Assembly: GCA_046497275.1 (NCBI GenBank)
Contig: JAWOFX010000117.1
Coordinates: 1 to 10,044, forward strand
DNA length: 10,044 nucleotides
DNA from: Promethearchaeia archaeon
GTDB lineage: Archaea > Asgardarchaeota > Lokiarchaeia > Sigyniarchaeales > SOKP01
Reading direction: 5' to 3'
Shown: positions 6,392-10,044 of the stretch, in pieces
How the letters are laid out: every line of letters starts with the position of its first letter
Numbering within the stretch: the stretch's first letter is position 1
The notes under the pieces: model-generated
What the model was told of the DNA's origin: nothing
Seen by the model: the letters and a program-made list of their open reading frames with translations, nothing else
Database searches by the model: none
Position numbers and translations under genes: made by a program

Positions 6392-6709
6392 TTATTCCTT
6401 TATTGAATTCTTTATCCATTTTAAATAGTTGTCAGATCCCATATCGATTTTAAATCCTATACATTCTGGAGTTTCATAGCTATGCATAGTTTCAATGGTC
6501 TGAATTAATTCAGTTGCTTTCTTTTTTATTGTCTTCATTATTAACAAATATTCATTATCTTCCTCAATAGTACCTTTCCACCAAAAAATTGAATGAACAT
6601 CATGTATTATATTCACACAAGCGACAAGCTTACTCTCAATTAATTTATTAGCAATTTTTATTCCTTCTTCTTTTGTTGGCACACTTACAAAAAATACAAA
6701 TGAACTCAT
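6392..6709 (-). CDS. cutA: CutA divalent-cation tolerance protein
   Basis: 105 aa with family motifs LVACVNI, SIFWWKG, EYLLIMKT, HSYETPEC and YLKWI. Confidence 0.95.
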   Translation of the reverse strand: MSSFVFFVSVPTKEEGIKIANKLIESKLVACVNIIHDVHSIFWWKGTIEEDNEYLLIMKTIKKKATELIQTIETMHSYETPECIGFKIDMGSDNYLKWIKNSIKE

Positions 6710-6800
6710 ATGAAAGATAAGATTGAAAAAGATAAAAACTCTAATTAAAATTTGGATAAATTAAATCTATTATTCACTTTTTATTTTTTAATTAAATGAA

Positions 6801-6814
6801 AAGAAATTTAAATA
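6801..6814 (+). promoter_or_regulatory. Putative BRE + TATA promoter of the longin gene
   Basis: AAGAAA followed by TTTAAATA, about 60 nt upstream of the TTG start, in the divergent intergenic region. Confidence 0.45.
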
Positions 6815-6858
6815 ATTGGAATTTTATTTTATATCTATAAAAAACTGGTATAAAATAT

Positions 6859-6864
6859 AAGGTG
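6859..6864 (+). promoter_or_regulatory. Shine-Dalgarno (AAGGTG) of the longin gene
   Basis: AAGGTG lies 10 nt before the TTG at 6875. Confidence 0.65.
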
Positions 6865-6874
6865 TCAGTAAAAT

Positions 6875-7600
6875 TTGATCCACAATGTCTACATAATTGA
6901 CCAGAGAACCGGAATTTGCCTACTCCATCGGAAATATGGGTCCATAGAATTTAATCAAGACCTTGTTAGCGGTTTTCTAACAGCATTAAAAGATTTTAGT
7001 ATCGAATTCTCAAAAGGTTCGGGTGAACTTAAAGTGATTGATATGCAAGTGTTTTATTTAATGCTTGTTTTTCGAGAGGGAGTGCTGGTGACTGCTGCCG
7101 CTGATAAAAATGATGATGCAAAAATAACACATAAAGCATTAAATAATATTATCGACAAGTTTGTTGATAAATATGAGGTTAATCTTGAAAATTGGACGGG
7201 AGATGTGCGAATTTTCCGAGATTTTTCAGGGGAAGTAGATGAAATATTACAATCGGGAAGAGTAGCCGAGATCCCAATAAGAATTCCAATATTAAAGATT
7301 TATAAAAAAGACTTTAAAAAATCTCAATCACGGCTACAAAAAAAGGGCTTAACGCTCACTGAGGATGATCTGCGTTCTGTTCCTGACACTAAACCAGAAT
7401 GGACTTCGAAGAGGTTGCCTAAGCAAGTTATAACGCAAGGATTTTTAGATGAAAAGCAATATGAAATAGCACATTTAGCTGATGGATTTCACACGGTGAC
7501 TGATATTGCCGAAGATGCGGGGATACCAGAATCGAAAATACAAATTATAATAGATAATCTCGATAATCTTGGATTACTTAAATTTATTGAAATAAAATAG
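6875..7600 (+). CDS. Longin-domain protein with C-terminal winged helix (NPRL2-like architecture)
   Basis: The N-terminal ~128 aa follow the longin pattern (IHNVYII..TGICLLHRKYG...DLVSGFLTALKDF...NWTGDVRIF). The C-terminal LADGFHTVTDIAEDAGIPESKIQIIIDNLDNLGLL is a winged-helix pattern. TTG start with SD. Confidence 0.8.
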   Translation: MIHNVYIIDQRTGICLLHRKYGSIEFNQDLVSGFLTALKDFSIEFSKGSGELKVIDMQVFYLMLVFREGVLVTAAADKNDDAKITHKALNNIIDKFVDKYEVNLENWTGDVRIFRDFSGEVDEILQSGRVAEIPIRIPILKIYKKDFKKSQSRLQKKGLTLTEDDLRSVPDTKPEWTSKRLPKQVITQGFLDEKQYEIAHLADGFHTVTDIAEDAGIPESKIQIIIDNLDNLGLLKFIEIK

Positions 7601-7796
7601 AATTAATATTTTAAGAAATTATTAATCTTTTTTGAAATAATTACAGATTTTATAATTTTAACAAGATTTTAAAAATAATTTAAAAAAAACAGATATTAGA
7701 TTTTTTCCATTATAAATTTCTTTAATTATTTTTTAAAGGATGCTATTTTTTTCATAAAAAAATATTATTTACCACAGAAATATTTACATAATTAAT

Positions 7797-9269
7797 ATGA
7801 ATGTGAATAAAATCGGAGAAAACATTTATGAGATTACACCAAAAACATTGATGGCAAGAGTGTTTGGTAAAATCGAAAGTTTTGAAATGAAGGTTCCCGT
7901 TCATATTTACGCAAATGAAGATATTCTTTCCAAGATTCAAGAAGACAGAACTTTGGAACAAATCAGTAATGTTGCGTGTTTAGAAGGAGTTGAAAAGCAT
8001 GTGATCGCTCTTTCCGATGCTCATCAAGGTTATGGTTTCTGTATAGGGGCTGTTGCGGGCACAGAGGCGGAACATGGGATGATATCCCCTGGTGGTGTTG
8101 GGTATGATATTAATTGTGGCGTAAGATTATTAAGTACAAATTTTCGTTATAATAAGATTCAGAAAAAACTTCCATCTTTATTAAATCACATATTTAATCG
8201 TATTCCATCGGGTTTGGGTTCTAAAGGGAGATTAAAAATAAATTATAATCAGTTAGACAATGTTTTAGACTATGGGGTTGAATGGGCTTTAGAAAATGAT
8301 TTTGCAAAGGAAAATGATCTTAATAAATGTGAAGAAAATGGACGATTAAATAACGCAGATTCTAATCTCGTATCAAAAAAAGCTAAACAGAGAGGAATAA
8401 GGCAATTGGGGAGTTTAGGAAGTGGCAACCATTTTATAGAAATACAAAAAGTCGATAAAATATATAATTCAGAGATCGCCAAAAGATTAGGGATTTTTGA
8501 AAAGGATCAAATTTCAGTCATGATTCATACAGGAAGTAGAGCCTTAGGGCATCAAATTTGCACAGAATCAATTAGAAAGTTTGAGAAAGCTATGAAAAAG
8601 TATGAAGTGATGATACCAGACAGAGAATTGTCGTGTGTTCCTGCTCATACCATAGAAGCCCGAGAATATCTCAAACAAATGGCTTGTGCGGCAAATTTTG
8701 GGTTCTGCAATAGACAACTTATCACTTTCTGGATTAGAGAATCATTTAGAGAAGTCTTTGGTCGAAATCACGAGAATTCTGATTTAAGTTTAGTATATGA
8801 TCTTTGCCATAATATCTTGAAGCAGGAGGAACATCTTGTTGAAGGTAAGAAAAAGAATCTGAATATTCATCGAAAAGGAGCAACCCGTGCTTTCCCATCC
8901 AATCATCCAGTTCTACCTCAAGAATATATGAAAATTGGACAACCGGTTCTAATTCCTGGAACTATGGGATCTGCATCTTATTTATGTGTTGGGAAAGAAA
9001 ATGCTATGAATTTAACATTTGGATCAACTGTCCACGGATCAGGGAGGGTTATGTCACGATCAAGGGCGAAATCAACCTATTGGGGTGAAGATGTAAAAAA
9101 CCATCTTAAAAAAAGAGGTATTCTTGTAAAAGCAAGGTCTCAAAAAGTCATAGCTGAAGAAGCGCCCGGAGCCTATAAGGATATTAATCAAGTTGTTCAA
9201 ATAAATGAAGACCTCGATATTATAGAGAAGATAGCAAGAATGATTCCGATAGGAGTGGTAAAAGGATAA
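7797..9269 (+). CDS. rtcB: RtcB 3'-phosphate/5'-OH RNA ligase (tRNA-splicing ligase), archaeal type, no intein
   Basis: 490 aa with catalytic motifs DAHQGYG, GYDINCGVR, LGSGNHF, HTGSR, CHN, HRKGAT, PGTMG, HGSGR (guanylylated His) and EEAPGAYK, ending in VKG. Confidence 0.98.
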   Translation: MNVNKIGENIYEITPKTLMARVFGKIESFEMKVPVHIYANEDILSKIQEDRTLEQISNVACLEGVEKHVIALSDAHQGYGFCIGAVAGTEAEHGMISPGGVGYDINCGVRLLSTNFRYNKIQKKLPSLLNHIFNRIPSGLGSKGRLKINYNQLDNVLDYGVEWALENDFAKENDLNKCEENGRLNNADSNLVSKKAKQRGIRQLGSLGSGNHFIEIQKVDKIYNSEIAKRLGIFEKDQISVMIHTGSRALGHQICTESIRKFEKAMKKYEVMIPDRELSCVPAHTIEAREYLKQMACAANFGFCNRQLITFWIRESFREVFGRNHENSDLSLVYDLCHNILKQEEHLVEGKKKNLNIHRKGATRAFPSNHPVLPQEYMKIGQPVLIPGTMGSASYLCVGKENAMNLTFGSTVHGSGRVMSRSRAKSTYWGEDVKNHLKKRGILVKARSQKVIAEEAPGAYKDINQVVQINEDLDIIEKIARMIPIGVVKG

Positions 9270-9300
9270 AGATAGAGACAAGTATTCTTTTTATATTTAA

Positions 9301-9738
9301 TTAGATATCAAAAACTATTTCTATTTCCCACCGATCATCCTTCTCTTCTATGTTCATATATGAATAGGTTATTGCCTTTACTTCAGTACCGATTTCATGT
9401 TTATTTTTATCAAATTTCTCACCGTTTAGAACTGCGTTCAATTCATAGTCATCATCAATTTCTTTTATATAAATAATAGAGATCTTACTAAAAATTAGAT
9501 GATCAACATCAAAAATGTATAATAGTTCAGAGAGAAAATCAAATAATAAAGCTTCTTTATCTTCTGCTTTTATTGTCAGACTTTTTTCACGTTTCTTAGA
9601 AATTTTACTTAAATCTGGGGATATTGTGGTTATAAGAGCATAGGCACATTGTGCATATGCTTCTTCGATTGTGGATCCATAGGCTCTAACTTTCACGTCT
9701 GCTGTATGTTCTTCAAATTTAAAACCGGGTTTATTCAT
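9301..9738 (-). CDS. Archease (RtcB activator)
   Basis: 145 aa with N-terminal EHTADV, the LLFDFLSELLY helix, C-terminal GTEVKAITY and terminal VFDI. Confidence 0.96.
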   Translation of the reverse strand: MNKPGFKFEEHTADVKVRAYGSTIEEAYAQCAYALITTISPDLSKISKKREKSLTIKAEDKEALLFDFLSELLYIFDVDHLIFSKISIIYIKEIDDDYELNAVLNGEKFDKNKHEIGTEVKAITYSYMNIEEKDDRWEIEIVFDI

Positions 9739-9843
9739 AATATTATGAAATTATTCTGAAATCAAATTGTTAAACATTTTAATCAATTGCTCTAAATTAA
9801 TTTTTTCTATGGGTTTAAAATATTAAAAAATTATCTTTAATTG

Positions 9844-10044
9844 ATGCTCAGTAAATATGCTGAAGATCTGATTTTTTCTAAAAATGTCAAAGTTAAGAAG
9901 AAATTTTCTAATAGAGAATTGAAATTATATAATTATTTTTCTTATAAAACAGGGGGGTTTTTTCCTGATAATATTATTGTTATGAATGATTTCATATTCT
10001 ACTTTATCAATCCAAAATATTACTTCTTATTGTCTGAATATATT
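9844..10044 (+). CDS. Partial ORF (N-terminal 67 codons) running off the right edge; weak resemblance to the N-terminus of archaeal NusA-like KH proteins
   Basis: Translated by hand, no stop in the window: MLSKYAEDLIFSKNVKVKKKFSNRELKLYNYFSYKTGGFFPDNIIVMNDFIFYFINPKYYFLLSEYI. An in-frame TTG at 9841 is an alternative start. It is divergent from archease. Confidence 0.6.
   Translation, partial: MLSKYAEDLIFSKNVKVKKKFSNRELKLYNYFSYKTGGFFPDNIIVMNDFIFYFINPKYYFLLSEYI

Noticed and set aside
7744-7764. Inverted repeat TATTTTTTT-cat-AAAAAAATA upstream of rtcB
   Set aside because: Made of low-complexity A/T homopolymer arms; weak hairpin and likely chance.
7752-7961. 69-aa minus-strand ORF containing HSCHQCFWC
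   Set aside because: Antisense to the rtcB 5' end. The Cys/His cluster is most simply a by-product of the sense codons, and there are no translation signals.
8270-8482. 70-aa minus-strand ORF
   Set aside because: Lies wholly antisense within rtcB; shadow ORF.
7797-9269. Intein or inactivating change in RtcB (HGSGR instead of HGAGR)
   Set aside because: The 490-aa length leaves no room for an intein, and the catalytic Cys, His and Asp motifs are intact. Ala-to-Ser is conservative.
9072-9281. 69-aa minus-strand ORF
   Set aside because: Antisense to the rtcB 3' end; shadow ORF with no support.
9952-9965. G6 followed by a T-run, as a possible slippage or phase-variation site
   Set aside because: The frame is open through it (Gly-Gly-Phe-Phe) and the runs are short; no evidence of frameshifting.
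1-10044. tRNA, rRNA, CRISPR arrays, IS elements
   Set aside because: No GC-rich structured RNA segments, regularly spaced repeats, terminal inverted repeats or transposase-like ORFs were seen by eye. A tRNAscan-SE/Infernal run would confirm.

Overview
AT-rich archaeal DNA, most likely from an Asgard archaeon (Lokiarchaeia-like). That assignment is inferred from a longin-domain protein, archaeal-type pelota, RtcB and archease, and GGTG/GGAG ribosome-binding sites. The minus strand carries a tightly coupled five-gene run: cutA, a membrane-anchored hypothetical, a Pol-beta-type nucleotidyltransferase, a radical SAM enzyme and a RimI-like acetyltransferase. These are followed by a 51-aa micro-ORF missing from the ORF track, then pelota, a radical SAM-TRAM protein, and a partial all-helical coiled-coil ORF running off the left edge (also missing from the track). 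The plus strand carries a longin + winged-helix protein, rtcB (convergent with archease on the minus strand), and a partial ORF running off the right edge. The most notable observation is the micro-ORF at 2977-3132. It has its own promoter-like, SD and terminator signals and encodes a WH2-like (actin-monomer-binding) motif followed by an E/K single alpha-helix. It lies near a BAR-like coiled-coil gene and an NPRL2-like longin gene. All eukaryote-signature assignments come from visual motif comparison and need computational confirmation. No tRNA, rRNA, CRISPR array or mobile element was seen.
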